Shown here: piece by piece, positions 51,810 through 62,261 of the stretch | How the letters are laid out: each line of letters opens with the position of its first letter | Numbering within the stretch: the stretch's first letter is position 1 | Source: Nitrospirota bacterium | GTDB lineage: Bacteria > Nitrospirota > Thermodesulfovibrionia > Thermodesulfovibrionales > Dissulfurispiraceae | Assembly (NCBI GenBank): GCA_963790025.1 | Contig: CAWBMP010000004.1 | Location: 160,001 to 224,000 of the forward strand | Length of the DNA stretch: 64,000 nt | Reading direction: 5' to 3' | Translations under genes and position numbers: made by a program | The notes under the pieces: model-generated | Told to the model about the DNA's origin: nothing | Seen by the model: the letters and a program-made list of their open reading frames with translations, nothing else | Database searches by the model: none

Positions 51810-51837
51810 GCTGCCGACTTAATTATAACAAATAATA

Positions 51838-52021
51838 AGTGTAATGCAGGATATATCCCTGAAGCGAATCGCGGAGATTTGGTAACAGTTCTCGGCGAAG
51901 GGAGCGTTAAGCAGTCGCAATGTCCGAGCCCGGAGGGCGAGTTTTGCGACTGTAGCAAACAAGCCGTTATAACTGTCAAGACGGAGCGTCTGAGCGTAAG
52001 AGATATATCCTGCATTGCACT
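51838..52021. repeat. 184-bp palindromic MITE-like element
   Basis: 20-bp terminal IR with one mismatch (AGTGTAATGCAGGATATATC / GATATATCCTGCATTGCACT); nested ACAGTT/AACTGT and CAGTCGCAA/TTGCGACTG. Confidence 0.75.
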
Positions 52022-52062
52022 ATCCGAATTGCACTTATTCTCAAAATGTTAAAATAAACGAT

Positions 52063-53772
52063 ATGTCCGGCTACACTGGCAAGAGTTTGCGCGTCAATCT
52101 CACCACAAAGGAAATCTCAGTTTATGACACGCCCCCTGCCCTCTGCGATGAATTCCTGGGCGGCAGGGGCATGGGTGTTGCAATGATCACCGACCGCATA
52201 ACCCAACCCTGCGATTCTCCTGAAATGCCCCTGATCTTTGCCACCGGGCCGCTTGTCGGCACCGCTTCACCAACTTCAGGCCGAATGTCGGTTGTTTCAC
52301 GATCTCCCCTCACCGGCACCGTATTTGACTGTTCAGTAGGCGGACTCTTCGGCACTCAACTTAAAAAAGCCGGTTTCGATGTCCTTGAAGTAACAGGCTC
52401 TGCCGAACGATGGACTCTTTTGAATATCTGCAATGGCAGCGTTGCTTTCGAAGATGCCTCCCGACTAGCTGGAGAGAACACCTCGGAGGTGGGCAAAAAG
52501 ATTCATAGCAAAGGCTCATATGCTGCAATAGGTATCGCCGGAGAAAAAAAGGTCCGGTTTGCATCGATTGTTTTTGACGGGCATTACTGCGCCGGGCGCG
52601 GCGGCCTCGGTGCTGTGATGGGGGCAAAAAAGTTGAAGGCAATAGCAGTACGGGGTGAAGGGAGAATCCCTGTTGCCGATGAGGAAGGACTAAGGCAGGC
52701 ACGTGAAGACATAATGAGGCTTTTAAGGACCTCACCTGCCATATTCGGAGAATTCGGCCTATCGGAATTCGGCACTGCTGCCCTCGTCGATTTGATACAT
52801 GCAAGGAGAATGGAACCTACGGATAATTTCAAAAAAACGGTGTTCCCTTATGCATCAAATTACTCCGGGTATGCCATGAAAACACATTATAGTGCAAAAA
52901 AAACCGGATGTGCCGGCTGCCCCATCCTCTGTAAGAAAGTCGGATCAGGCGGAGAGGTCATCCCTGAATATGAAAGCGTTTCGCATTTCGGAGCCTTGAA
53001 CGGCTGCGGCGACATGGAAAGCATTGTCAAGGCAAATCGCATTTGCAATGAATTCGGTCTGGATACTATTACCGCTGCCTCCACCATTGCCTGTTATTCC
53101 GAAATTCACAATAAGCGACTTTCTCCGAAAGAGATGCTGGATTTGCTTGTACTCATAGGCTCCAGGGGACCGGGCTTAGGCGATGCGCTTGCCGAAGGTT
53201 CGCTGCGGTATGCCACGTCGATGGGCCATCCGGACTTAAGCATGTCTGTAAAGGGTCTTGAACTGCCTGCCTATGACCCGAGGGGCGCTTACGGCATGGC
53301 CCTGGCATACTCTACTTCTAACAGGGGAGGATGCCACCTGAGGGCCTATCCGATCAGCCACGAGATACTGAGAAAACCGGTTGCTACAGACAGGTTCTCC
53401 TTTGAAGGCAAGGCACGCATTATTTCGATAGCCGAGGACCTGAACGCCGTCATCGATTCCCTTACGGCGTGCAAATTTGTTTTTTTTGCCGCGAGCCTCG
53501 AAGAATATGCAAACGCTGTCAATGCGGTCACCGGCAAGGAATTTAGTGTTCAGTCACTTCTTAAAACCGGTAAACGCATATGGGACCTCGAACACAGCTT
53601 AAACGAAAAAAACGGATTTAACCAAACTCACGACGATCTGCCACAGCGCTTTTTCTCTGAGGAGGGGACTTCAAGCCCTAATATTTCAATATCTCCGATT
53701 GACCGTGATGCCTTCCTGAAGGCAAAGGAACGCTATTATAAAATCAGAGGCTATGGAAAAACTCATCAATAA
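52063..53772 (+). CDS. aor: Aldehyde:ferredoxin oxidoreductase family (W/Mo-pterin)
   Basis: LGGRG, SPLTG, AGRGGLGAVMGAKKLKA, CAGCPILC, GLD, AYDPRG, RGGCH; ATG 52063. Confidence 0.92.
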   Translation: MSGYTGKSLRVNLTTKEISVYDTPPALCDEFLGGRGMGVAMITDRITQPCDSPEMPLIFATGPLVGTASPTSGRMSVVSRSPLTGTVFDCSVGGLFGTQLKKAGFDVLEVTGSAERWTLLNICNGSVAFEDASRLAGENTSEVGKKIHSKGSYAAIGIAGEKKVRFASIVFDGHYCAGRGGLGAVMGAKKLKAIAVRGEGRIPVADEEGLRQAREDIMRLLRTSPAIFGEFGLSEFGTAALVDLIHARRMEPTDNFKKTVFPYASNYSGYAMKTHYSAKKTGCAGCPILCKKVGSGGEVIPEYESVSHFGALNGCGDMESIVKANRICNEFGLDTITAASTIACYSEIHNKRLSPKEMLDLLVLIGSRGPGLGDALAEGSLRYATSMGHPDLSMSVKGLELPAYDPRGAYGMALAYSTSNRGGCHLRAYPISHEILRKPVATDRFSFEGKARIISIAEDLNAVIDSLTACKFVFFAASLEEYANAVNAVTGKEFSVQSLLKTGKRIWDLEHSLNEKNGFNQTHDDLPQRFFSEEGTSSPNISISPIDRDAFLKAKERYYKIRGYGKTHQ

Positions 53773-54958
53773 ATACATAAATAAGCTCGAACAGCAGGGG
53801 CTTGCCCTCAAAGATAACATAACGTTCCTTGCGCTCGATGACGATCTGGTCTCAAACAGGACAATCGATGGTGAAACATTGATGCTCTCCAAACTCTTCT
53901 CGTTAATGAACATCAATGTCGTGCTCTTTGCCGAGCCCTCGGAACCTTACAAGAGTATCATACGGGAAATCACAAAACATGACGCACTCTGCCGGACACA
54001 GTCCAAGCTGGTACCGATGGATTGCGAGACGCGGACGTTCTTTCACGATATTCCTATAGTCAATGATTTTTCTCCTGAAGCGATTGCCGCTGCGCTTTCC
54101 CGCCGCAAATCGGCAATCATCAAAGACAGAGGGATTGTGACCTATGGGGTGGTAACTCCTGAACAGGCTTTTGTTTCATTAAGTTCCACCTGCTTTTCGA
54201 CGTTTGTAAAATATTTCTACGACAGCCTCGTCTATAGTGAAAAGTGCGCTGCCGGGAAGCTGCCCCCTGACGATGACTTCATAAAATCTTTCGGGACCAT
54301 TTCATCACATTCTGAAATGCGTCAGCCTGCCGTCTCAAACGCCTCACTCTCGCCGGGACCGCCTTTAAACGGCGATGACGTCGTTGCAATGCTTTCGGAG
54401 GCCGGCAGGGCAGTGGTAGGGCACCGGCTCGTAGACTCGTTTTTCGGGAATATATCATATATGTTCAATAATATCATCTATATAAGTGAGACGGGCAGTT
54501 CGCTGGACGAACTCGAATGCTGCATCGATGCCGTTCCTCTGGACGGGACATCTTCGGTAGGCATCACCGCATCATCCGAATTGTCGGCCCACAAAAAAAT
54601 TTATCAGGAAACCGGAAACACCGCTGTATTGCATGGTCACCCAAAGTTCTCCGTGATCATGTCGATGCGCTGCGGGAAGGAAGGCTGCGACAGGTCTTTG
54701 TGCCACAAAGTGTGTAAAGAGAAACGTTATATTTCGGAAACGCCCATTGTCTCAGGAGAAATAGGCACAGGACAAACCGGGCTCATGCATACCGTGCCGG
54801 CCGCAATCAAGGAGGGGAAAGGCGCCATAGTGTACGGGCACGGTGTTTTTGCCGCCGGACAGGGCAGTTTTCAAGGACCTTTCTCGATGCTTATGGAGAT
54901 AGAGAATACGTGCAAGAGCGAATATTTTAATGCCGTAAAAAACTGCATGGAGATATAG
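53753..54958 (+). CDS. Class II aldolase/adducin family protein with an extra N-terminal half
   Basis: GNIS, SSELSAH, LHGHP, GHGVF in the C-terminal half. Confidence 0.82.
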   Translation: MEKLINKYINKLEQQGLALKDNITFLALDDDLVSNRTIDGETLMLSKLFSLMNINVVLFAEPSEPYKSIIREITKHDALCRTQSKLVPMDCETRTFFHDIPIVNDFSPEAIAAALSRRKSAIIKDRGIVTYGVVTPEQAFVSLSSTCFSTFVKYFYDSLVYSEKCAAGKLPPDDDFIKSFGTISSHSEMRQPAVSNASLSPGPPLNGDDVVAMLSEAGRAVVGHRLVDSFFGNISYMFNNIIYISETGSSLDELECCIDAVPLDGTSSVGITASSELSAHKKIYQETGNTAVLHGHPKFSVIMSMRCGKEGCDRSLCHKVCKEKRYISETPIVSGEIGTGQTGLMHTVPAAIKEGKGAIVYGHGVFAAGQGSFQGPFSMLMEIENTCKSEYFNAVKNCMEI

Positions 54959-55027
54959 AGGTGTAATATTATGGGCGGTACAAATCGAGCTCATAAAATC
55001 GGGTGTAAGAGTTTTGATCGTCCTGAA

Positions 55028-55047
55028 AAAAGACCGGACGGTCTTTT
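55028..55047 (+). terminator. Possible intrinsic terminator
   Basis: AAAAGACC-GGAC-GGTCTTTT, about 70 bp after the aldolase stop. Confidence 0.45.
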
Positions 55048-55322
55048 CACAGTGGGGGGACAGGAGGAGAAGAATATCAGGACCAAGCCTGCCGGAGAGT
55101 CACCGATGTACTGAAGAAGGTGTTTGAGAAGTAGGGTCGTTTGCAAAATTGATTGTCTGCTGAGTTCGGCAGGAAGTCCGCAAAATCATTGGATTTAAAT
55201 TCTGATTATTACTCAAAATAGCCATGATTTCATCCGAGGAGGCTCATTTGGTTTAGAAAAAAATTGATACAGACTACACAGTGGCATAAGCACAATGCTA
55301 TATGGTTAAATAAAAATACGTG

Positions 55323-57455
55323 ATGGGAAAGTCTTCCAATAAAAAGAAAAAAACTGAAGCGGTGTCCCGCATCGGAAGAGACAGCAAGGTATCATCAAAT
55401 GAGCAACACAGAGATGTCTCCCGATGCGATGGGAACATAATAAAATACAGCAATGTCAGATATGGTATTGCCTCGGCTGTTTCGCTAATAACCTTTATCG
55501 TCTATCTTTCCTCTCTGCATAATGAGTTTGTATCGTGGGATGACAACCATTATGTTTACGAAAACCCGCATATTCATTCATTGAATGCAGACTTTTTCAG
55601 GTGGGCATTTTCCGAATTCTATGCTGGAAACTGGCATCCGCTAACCTGGGTATCCCATGCACTGGATTATGCCGTATGGGGATTGAATCCCCTGGGGCAC
55701 CATCTGACCAATAATATTCTGCATGCTGTCAACACCTTTGTTGTAGTAATACTTGCAACAACACTTTTAGAGGCATGGAAGAGGAAGGCGGAAAAAAGTG
55801 GTCAAAAGATTTTTTTCAATGCGCAGGCGATTCTTATTGCCGGTGGGATAACAGGGTTATTATTCGGCCTTCATCCTGTGCATGTGGAATCAGTGGCATG
55901 GGTTTCCGAAAGAAAAGATCTCTTATGCGCCCTATTTTACTTACTGGCAATTGTTCAGTATGCCAAATACGCTAATATCGGGGGTGCCGAAACAATTCAA
56001 GAGAATTCCAAAACACGCTTTCTGAACAAATATTACCTCCTCGTCCTGGCGTTTTTTGTTCTTGCTCTGTTAAGCAAGCCGATGGCGGTCAGTCTTCCTG
56101 CAGTTCTGCTCATATTAGACTGGTATCCATTTCAAAGAATCCGGTCTATAAAATCGTTTATGTCTGCATTTGTCGAGAAAATGCCGCTTATCGTATTAAG
56201 TATCATCTCTTCAATACTGACAGTTCTGGCACAAAAGGCAGGAGGGGCAATACAATCCACTGAGATAATACCATTTTCATCGCGGGTTTCTGTGGCTGCT
56301 GAATCCCTCCTGGGTTACCTTTTGAAAATGGCATTGCCTGTGAATATGGTCCCGTTTTATCCATATCCTGAGAATGTTTCGCCGTTTTCGGCAGGGTATC
56401 TTTTATCGATCGTTCTTGTGCTTGGGATTACAGCGACCTGCATTGTCATGTCAAAAAGACAGAAGTTATGGTTATCAGTCTGGGGCTACTATGTTATCAC
56501 CCTGGTCCCTGTCCTCGGAATCGTTCAGGTGGGAAGCCAGTCAATGGCAGACAGGTATACTTATTTGCCGAGTCTTGGCCCATTCCTTTTGGCAGGTTTG
56601 CTTTCTGCATGGTGCATTGAAAAGACAAATATTCGGCGGAAGCAAGCCCAGATCGTTAAGCTTATTGGCGGCATTGCAGCCATTTTGGTATCAGTTTGCC
56701 TTTCATTTATAACTTTTAGGCAAGTGGCGATATGGAAAGACAGCGTCACCCTGTGGACTTACGTTATCGAGAAAGAACCAAATGCCCCTGTAGCACATAA
56801 CAATCTCGGCCTTATCTATCAAAATCAAAATATGCCTGATGAGGCCGAAAAGGAATTTCTGACTGCTCTCAAACTAAAACCGGATTACGCTCTGGCACAC
56901 AATAATCTCGGACTCGTCTATAAAACCCACAACATGCTTGACAAGGCGATGGAGCAATATCTAATCGCCACTAAGCTGAAGCCTGACGACGCTGAGGCGC
57001 ATAGCAATCTTGGCATCTCATATCAAGCCTGCAATATGCCTGATAAGGCTGAAGAAGAATTTCTGACTGCCGTTAAACTAAAACCCGATGATGCTGCGCT
57101 CCACTTCAATCTCGGCCTCTTTTATAAATCACGCAATATGCCTGACAAGGCTATGGAGCACTATGCGATTGCCATTAAACTAAAACCCGATTTAGCAGAA
57201 GCGCATAATAATCTTGGCGGCATTTATCTGGTCCTCAAGATGCCCGATAAGGCCGAACAAGAATTTCAGACTGCTCTTATATTAAAGCCAGATTTGGCGG
57301 AAGCGCATTATAGTCTTGGTTTTGCGTACTACAATACGGGACAGATGGAAAAGGCGCAAAGGGAATTAGCCAGAGGATTAGAAATAAAGCCGACTAACCA
57401 ACAGGCTCAGCAATTGTTAAAAATAATAACAGAATATCTGAAAGCAAAAGATTAA
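55323..57455 (+). CDS. TMTC-like GT-C membrane glycosyltransferase with C-terminal TPRs
   Basis: WDD, WHPL, HLTN.ILH, HPVHVESVAWVSERKD, ADRYTYLP; multiple TM segments; about six TPRs. Confidence 0.85.
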   Translation: MGKSSNKKKKTEAVSRIGRDSKVSSNEQHRDVSRCDGNIIKYSNVRYGIASAVSLITFIVYLSSLHNEFVSWDDNHYVYENPHIHSLNADFFRWAFSEFYAGNWHPLTWVSHALDYAVWGLNPLGHHLTNNILHAVNTFVVVILATTLLEAWKRKAEKSGQKIFFNAQAILIAGGITGLLFGLHPVHVESVAWVSERKDLLCALFYLLAIVQYAKYANIGGAETIQENSKTRFLNKYYLLVLAFFVLALLSKPMAVSLPAVLLILDWYPFQRIRSIKSFMSAFVEKMPLIVLSIISSILTVLAQKAGGAIQSTEIIPFSSRVSVAAESLLGYLLKMALPVNMVPFYPYPENVSPFSAGYLLSIVLVLGITATCIVMSKRQKLWLSVWGYYVITLVPVLGIVQVGSQSMADRYTYLPSLGPFLLAGLLSAWCIEKTNIRRKQAQIVKLIGGIAAILVSVCLSFITFRQVAIWKDSVTLWTYVIEKEPNAPVAHNNLGLIYQNQNMPDEAEKEFLTALKLKPDYALAHNNLGLVYKTHNMLDKAMEQYLIATKLKPDDAEAHSNLGISYQACNMPDKAEEEFLTAVKLKPDDAALHFNLGLFYKSRNMPDKAMEHYAIAIKLKPDLAEAHNNLGGIYLVLKMPDKAEQEFQTALILKPDLAEAHYSLGFAYYNTGQMEKAQRELARGLEIKPTNQQAQQLLKIITEYLKAKD

Positions 57456-57554
57456 AAGCAAATGCTTACATGATACTCGGGAAGAAACTTGGCCCTCCTG
57501 CCTATCCGATCTCTCTAACCTTTTTATATCATATTTATCGGTAGGAGGAAGTTA

Positions 57555-58388
57555 TTAAGTACCTGCGAGGCTATCCTGCGAGTGCGGATTTCGTTCGTTA
57601 ACAAAACCCATGATTGTTTGCCACCAGTGCAGGTCTACCCTGTTCGGCCAATCGTTATGCCCGGCCCCTTTAATCACCCACATCGCTTTGTTTCCGTCCA
57701 GTGATTGGTATAATGTATTTGCATGCCTTATAGGGATTATCTCATCCCGTTCTGCCCCTGCCACCGCAATTCTTCCCATGTAACTTTTGAGGTTCCTCAT
57801 ACTGTCATATTTGTCTTTCATAAACAATCGCACCGGCAACCATGGAAATTTAGATTGAGCAACGGACAGAAGCGAATCCCAAGGCGTTATGAGCACAACT
57901 CCGTCGATCTTTATAGACATCTTATTAACTACTGCTGCCACAACTCCGCAGCCGAGTGATTCTCCCAAGAGAAAAATCGGGGCGCCATATTGCTGGTAGG
58001 CCAGGCGTATTGTTTCTTTTGCATCGCTAACAAATGAATTCTCTCCCAATTCTCCTGCTCTTGCCCCATATCCTGGATATTCGGCAAGTATGACGAGATA
58101 CCCCAACTGCCCCATTGCCGTCAAATAATATGCCCTATCTGCCGCCGTGCCGGCGTTCCCATGAAAAACTATGATGGTGCCCTTCAGATTTTTGACAGCT
58201 TGATTGCCGATGAACCCTTTATAGTTAACGGGTCCAGAGGGCCAAAATTGCATATTTTTGAAGACGAGCTCGTCCTGGGAGGGTAACGATGAGTTTGGAT
58301 AATAAAGCAGCTTATGTTGAAGATCACAGCCCGACATAGCCATAAAGATATTCATTAGTATGAATATATATTTTCCAATGTTATTCAA
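57555..58388 (-). CDS. Alpha/beta hydrolase (ABHD-like), possible lipoprotein
   Basis: FHGNAG, EYPGYG, GESLG, DEIIP, GAGHND. Confidence 0.9.
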   Translation of the reverse strand: MNNIGKYIFILMNIFMAMSGCDLQHKLLYYPNSSLPSQDELVFKNMQFWPSGPVNYKGFIGNQAVKNLKGTIIVFHGNAGTAADRAYYLTAMGQLGYLVILAEYPGYGARAGELGENSFVSDAKETIRLAYQQYGAPIFLLGESLGCGVVAAVVNKMSIKIDGVVLITPWDSLLSVAQSKFPWLPVRLFMKDKYDSMRNLKSYMGRIAVAGAERDEIIPIRHANTLYQSLDGNKAMWVIKGAGHNDWPNRVDLHWWQTIMGFVNERNPHSQDSLAGT

Positions 58389-58416
58389 AACAGAGCCGGT
58401 CTCTTCGGTTTGTTCT

Positions 58417-59253
58417 TCATTGTTTGAAAAATTCTTTTATTCTCTCCAGGAAAGACGTGCGGATTTTGGCCCTGAGGAAGAGGTCCCCGGGTTCGCCGCC
58501 TTTCTTGCCCTCCTGACCGAGACCCTTGAGTTTTATCTTCTGTCCGTCTCTTATCCCGGGCGGGACCGTGATCAGCAAATCCCTGGGTTGGCCCCGTTTC
58601 TTGTATAGGTATCGGACCTTGCCGCCGGCCACTGCTTCTTTGCGGGCAATCCCGATGACATCATATAAATCTTTTCCCCTTGTCGGCAGTTCCAGGCCCA
58701 ACCGGCGGGCAGCTAATCCCGTAAAGAAGTCCAGAATCCTGGCTATGATTACCGAAAGCAAAGGATGCAATTGCCGCATCTGATCAGGAGAAGTCTTCAA
58801 GCGGTCCTGATAAATTTTTCTCATAGGACCGTAAAAGTAGAAACCACTACCGGAAAATCCGGGGTCCTTGAATTCAAAGGTCCTGTAGCGGGAACCGTAA
58901 AAATTGTTCCGGCTAAAAATATCTTCCGGCCTGCTAAAACCGAATGCCTTGCTGAACTCTTCGAAAACCTGACCAATATCGGAACCGCGGAAAATATCCT
59001 GATCAGTATGTGACTGTCTGAACTGGTCCCTGGCGAAGGGGCCATACGCTTGTCTCAGCGCATCATACTCTTTCTTCTTCACAGGATTTGAAAGGACGGC
59101 ATAGGCCTCATTGATTGCCTTCATCATCTCCTCGCCTCCAGGATTCCTGTCGGGGTGATACCGGAAGGCGAGGTTCCGATAAGCTTTTTTTATCTCGCCG
59201 GGGCCTGCATCTTCTCCCACACCGAGAGTCTTGTAATAGTCCTTTTGGTTCAT
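58417..59253 (-). CDS. DnaJ-class chaperone (J domain and C-terminal domain, CbpA-like)
   Basis: DYYKTLGV, YHPDRN, INEAYAVL, VPPG...KLKGLG...GDL; ATG 59253. Confidence 0.9.
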   Translation of the reverse strand: MNQKDYYKTLGVGEDAGPGEIKKAYRNLAFRYHPDRNPGGEEMMKAINEAYAVLSNPVKKKEYDALRQAYGPFARDQFRQSHTDQDIFRGSDIGQVFEEFSKAFGFSRPEDIFSRNNFYGSRYRTFEFKDPGFSGSGFYFYGPMRKIYQDRLKTSPDQMRQLHPLLSVIIARILDFFTGLAARRLGLELPTRGKDLYDVIGIARKEAVAGGKVRYLYKKRGQPRDLLITVPPGIRDGQKIKLKGLGQEGKKGGEPGDLFLRAKIRTSFLERIKEFFKQ

Positions 59254-59255
59254 CG

Positions 59256-59951
59256 CTATCGCTTGATCTCGATCCGGTGGAACGCTTCGGCGAGTTCGCA
59301 CTCAGCGCCTTCAGCCATAGAGCAGGACCACTCTCTCACCCAAGCCTCCAGATCTGCCACTTTGAGCTCTTTTACCTGGCTTTCATGGCAGCGCAGCGCC
59401 GCAACTTTCAGATCGAAGGTCGCCGATATATCGGAGCGGTAATTAATGTCTTCCGAACCAAAGAAGAGCATCTCGCCGACCTTGTGAGGTCCGAGGCCTT
59501 CCTCCAGCAGTTCCGGATAGGACAGGTGGTCCCGCGCTAAGGGGAAGACGGCGTCGAGTGTCGCCTGCCCCACAATCCTGTGGTCCCGGTGCCAGATGTA
59601 CCGGTGGTAAGGGTCCGAGGTGACAACTGTTTCTGGACGATATGTACGAATTGTACGCACGATCATTTTCCTGAATTCGGAAGTGTCTTCCAGCCCCTGA
59701 TCAGGAATCCGGAGAAAGACGACTTCCCGTACGCCCAGGACTCTTGCAGCAGCTTCCTGTTCTCTCTCTCTTATTTGGGCCAGGAGCCCGGGTTGCATCG
59801 TCTCGTCCGATGTTCCCTTCTCCCCGCTCGTACAGACAACATATACTACCTGTTTGCCTTCCAGGACCCAGCGCGCCACCGTTCCGGCGACGCCAAATTC
59901 GGCATCGTCAGGATGCGCTATGATGACGAGTATATCAGCAGAAGCTGCCAT
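59256..59951 (-). CDS. PIG-L family deacetylase (MshB/BshB-like)
   Basis: AHPDDAEFG, TSGEKG, HRDH, HESQ; ATG 59951. Confidence 0.9.
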   Translation of the reverse strand: MAASADILVIIAHPDDAEFGVAGTVARWVLEGKQVVYVVCTSGEKGTSDETMQPGLLAQIREREQEAAARVLGVREVVFLRIPDQGLEDTSEFRKMIVRTIRTYRPETVVTSDPYHRYIWHRDHRIVGQATLDAVFPLARDHLSYPELLEEGLGPHKVGEMLFFGSEDINYRSDISATFDLKVAALRCHESQVKELKVADLEAWVREWSCSMAEGAECELAEAFHRIEIKR

Positions 59952-59973
59952 ATTACAACTCCCTGTACCATTT

Positions 59974-61257
59974 TTATGCAACACAAGGCTGGAGGGCAGT
60001 CGTGTACTCCTGCACGACGGCGGATGCAATGTCAGCCCAGCCATAACTTAAAACAGAAGAACGTATTTCATCACGGGACAAGACGCAGTTAGTCGGGTCT
60101 ACGATGAATTTTCGGATTGCCGATGCGAAGGAATGCGGGCTCGGCGTGTCAACAAGAAGTCCCGTCTTTCCGTCCCTTATCAAGGTTTCCATTGCACCTA
60201 CGCGCGCGGCAATAACAGGCGTTCCGCAGGCAAGCGCTTCGAGTGCGACGAGGCCGAAACTTTCGTAGTAAGACGGTACGACGACTACGTCGGCGGCGCT
60301 GTAATACAAAGGGAGAAGATCATGACTGACCCTGCCCTGAAATCTCACTATATCATCTACAGAGGCACGGCGGGCGAGCCGCGAAAGTTCAGCGGATGCA
60401 TGCGCCTGCGGACCGTCACCGCCGACTATCAAAAACATCAGTCCACGGTGAGAGCGCAGATGTGCGGCCGCAGATACTAGTCTGTGGAGCCCCTTGACAG
60501 GGGCGAACCTGCCAACGTAAAGAACAAGAAACCGGGTATTATGAAGTCCCAGTTCCTTTCGCGCCAGATCTTTCGCTACAGGCCGGAACCGTTCGAGGTC
60601 AACGCCGCAGGGGACCATGCCGATCTTTTCTCGCGGCACCCCATAGTATCTCACAAGCAGGTCCTTCTCCCTATCAGTTGCGGCCATAATCCGGTCGCTT
60701 TTACGGGCCAGCCTCTTTTCGGCAATCAGACGCAGGGCCGGTTCTCTCTCCTGGCTGCAGGCAACACGCTTTGCGATGCCGGTCGTGTGGAACATCACGA
60801 CATGAGGGATGTCCCACCTGTTTTGGGCAAGAAACCCCACTTCGCCGGATATCCAATAGTGGCTGTGGATGAGATCATAGCACACATTGTTTCTCGTAAT
60901 ATACTTCTCGAGCGATTGAAACGTTTCCGGCAGATGTCTGTACAGCATGCTCTTTGTGACATCCCCCTTGCACCCTATGCCCAGATGAATAAGGCGCACA
61001 TTCCCGGACATAAACATCTTAGTATCCATTATGCCGGCGCCGGCGCACGTATAAATGTCGACGCTGTGGCCCGCTCTTCCAAGTTCCCGCGAGAGTTCAC
61101 GGATATATACGCTCATGCCGCCCGTGTCCTCTGTCCCGAGTTCGCCGAGCGGACTAGAATGGATGCTGAGAGCAGCGATCCTCAATGGCCGCACATTAGA
61201 TAACTCCCCGTGTCCTTTCAAACCGGCTTCTGAAACAACAATGGAAGTTGGAGTCAT
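59974..61257 (-). CDS. GT4 glycosyltransferase, MshA-like
   Basis: SIHSSPL...DTGGMSVY, HSHYWISG, YVGRFAPVKG, PSYYESFGLVALEALACGTPV. Confidence 0.88.
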   Translation of the reverse strand: MTPTSIVVSEAGLKGHGELSNVRPLRIAALSIHSSPLGELGTEDTGGMSVYIRELSRELGRAGHSVDIYTCAGAGIMDTKMFMSGNVRLIHLGIGCKGDVTKSMLYRHLPETFQSLEKYITRNNVCYDLIHSHYWISGEVGFLAQNRWDIPHVVMFHTTGIAKRVACSQEREPALRLIAEKRLARKSDRIMAATDREKDLLVRYYGVPREKIGMVPCGVDLERFRPVAKDLARKELGLHNTRFLVLYVGRFAPVKGLHRLVSAAAHLRSHRGLMFLIVGGDGPQAHASAELSRLARRASVDDIVRFQGRVSHDLLPLYYSAADVVVVPSYYESFGLVALEALACGTPVIAARVGAMETLIRDGKTGLLVDTPSPHSFASAIRKFIVDPTNCVLSRDEIRSSVLSYGWADIASAVVQEYTTALQPCVA

Positions 61258-62261
61258 TTCAGAAGTGCCTCGCAGTGAAGCAGTCTCACCGGCCGACCGC
61301 CGAGGCGTCCTTTGTATGCCTCACCGCCCCGAAGAAAATTAAACTTTTTCCTGTTTCTTTTTATGCTTTCCCGTATGCAGAAGACCTTGCTCAGGAGTCC
61401 CACACTGAGATGCTCATAGCGCCGGTCATAGCCGTTATTGTAAAGGTAAACCGTCGAGTGATAGTCGAAACACATCGTTGAGGCTACGGGCTTATCGTTC
61501 AAGTCTAAAAAAAATAGACTTAAGAGCCCGGCCTCGGCCATTTCGACTGCTGCAGACCTGAAAAATAACTCGACATCGCCTGACATGAACCCGGCCTTAT
61601 CCTTCCTATTGGACCGGAAAAGAGCTATGAAAGTGTCCAACGCATGTGCAACATCCTTCTTGTCCTCGATAACGCGCAGCCCGACATGACCGGCACTCTC
61701 CAACCGCCTGAGCTTCCGGCGCGTCTCGTGCCGCTCCCTTCCCGACAGGAGGTCGAGATATCCTTCCCACGTGCCGGCCAGGTCCATTTCATAAAGCACA
61801 TCAACGTGGTCCCAGGAGACATCGCAACCGAGGAACGCAGAGTATGCCTGGAGGCATAAGATGATGGTTGAATCGGCACGGACGCGTCCCGCATCGAAAC
61901 GACTTATGCCCTCGCCTCTGAGGTAGTCAAAAAGGGTCGACAAAAATTCCCTCTCCCTTGAGGGCGCAACGATGAAATCAGTGTAATCGATCAGGTCGCT
62001 GTCGCCGATGAGGTGAGCTGTGTGTCCTCTGACCTCAAGCGGCGCCACACCGAGGACCTCATCGTGCTGTCTCACAACGCATAGGTGAGTTTCCAGGCCT
62101 TGTGCGAAATACGACCGCCAGGTACCAAGCAATGGGGGAAGCATAAACAAACAATCCCACTTGAGCTGGCTCCCTGCAACCTGCCAGTAGCTCTCAAGAT
62201 CGTACAGAGGCTCGATGCTTACCCACCCTCCCGGTGCTGCAATTTCAGCCTTATCTTTCAT
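61254..62261 (-). CDS. GNAT family protein (CelD/BcsL, Fem-like fold)
   Basis: DYTDF, TWEGYL..LS...RRKLRRL, YNNGYD...SVG, FLRGGEAYK; ATG 62261. Confidence 0.85.
   Translation of the reverse strand: MKDKAEIAAPGGWVSIEPLYDLESYWQVAGSQLKWDCLFMLPPLLGTWRSYFAQGLETHLCVVRQHDEVLGVAPLEVRGHTAHLIGDSDLIDYTDFIVAPSREREFLSTLFDYLRGEGISRFDAGRVRADSTIILCLQAYSAFLGCDVSWDHVDVLYEMDLAGTWEGYLDLLSGRERHETRRKLRRLESAGHVGLRVIEDKKDVAHALDTFIALFRSNRKDKAGFMSGDVELFFRSAAVEMAEAGLLSLFFLDLNDKPVASTMCFDYHSTVYLYNNGYDRRYEHLSVGLLSKVFCIRESIKRNRKKFNFLRGGEAYKGRLGGRPVRLLHCEALLK

Noticed and set aside
54971..55114. 47-aa ORF with a GAGGTG RBS after the aldolase
   Set aside because: No recognisable motif, and it spans a terminator-like hairpin.
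55133..55260. Possible IS end (TAGGGTCGTTTGCAAAA)
   Set aside because: No matching inverted partner or transposase nearby.
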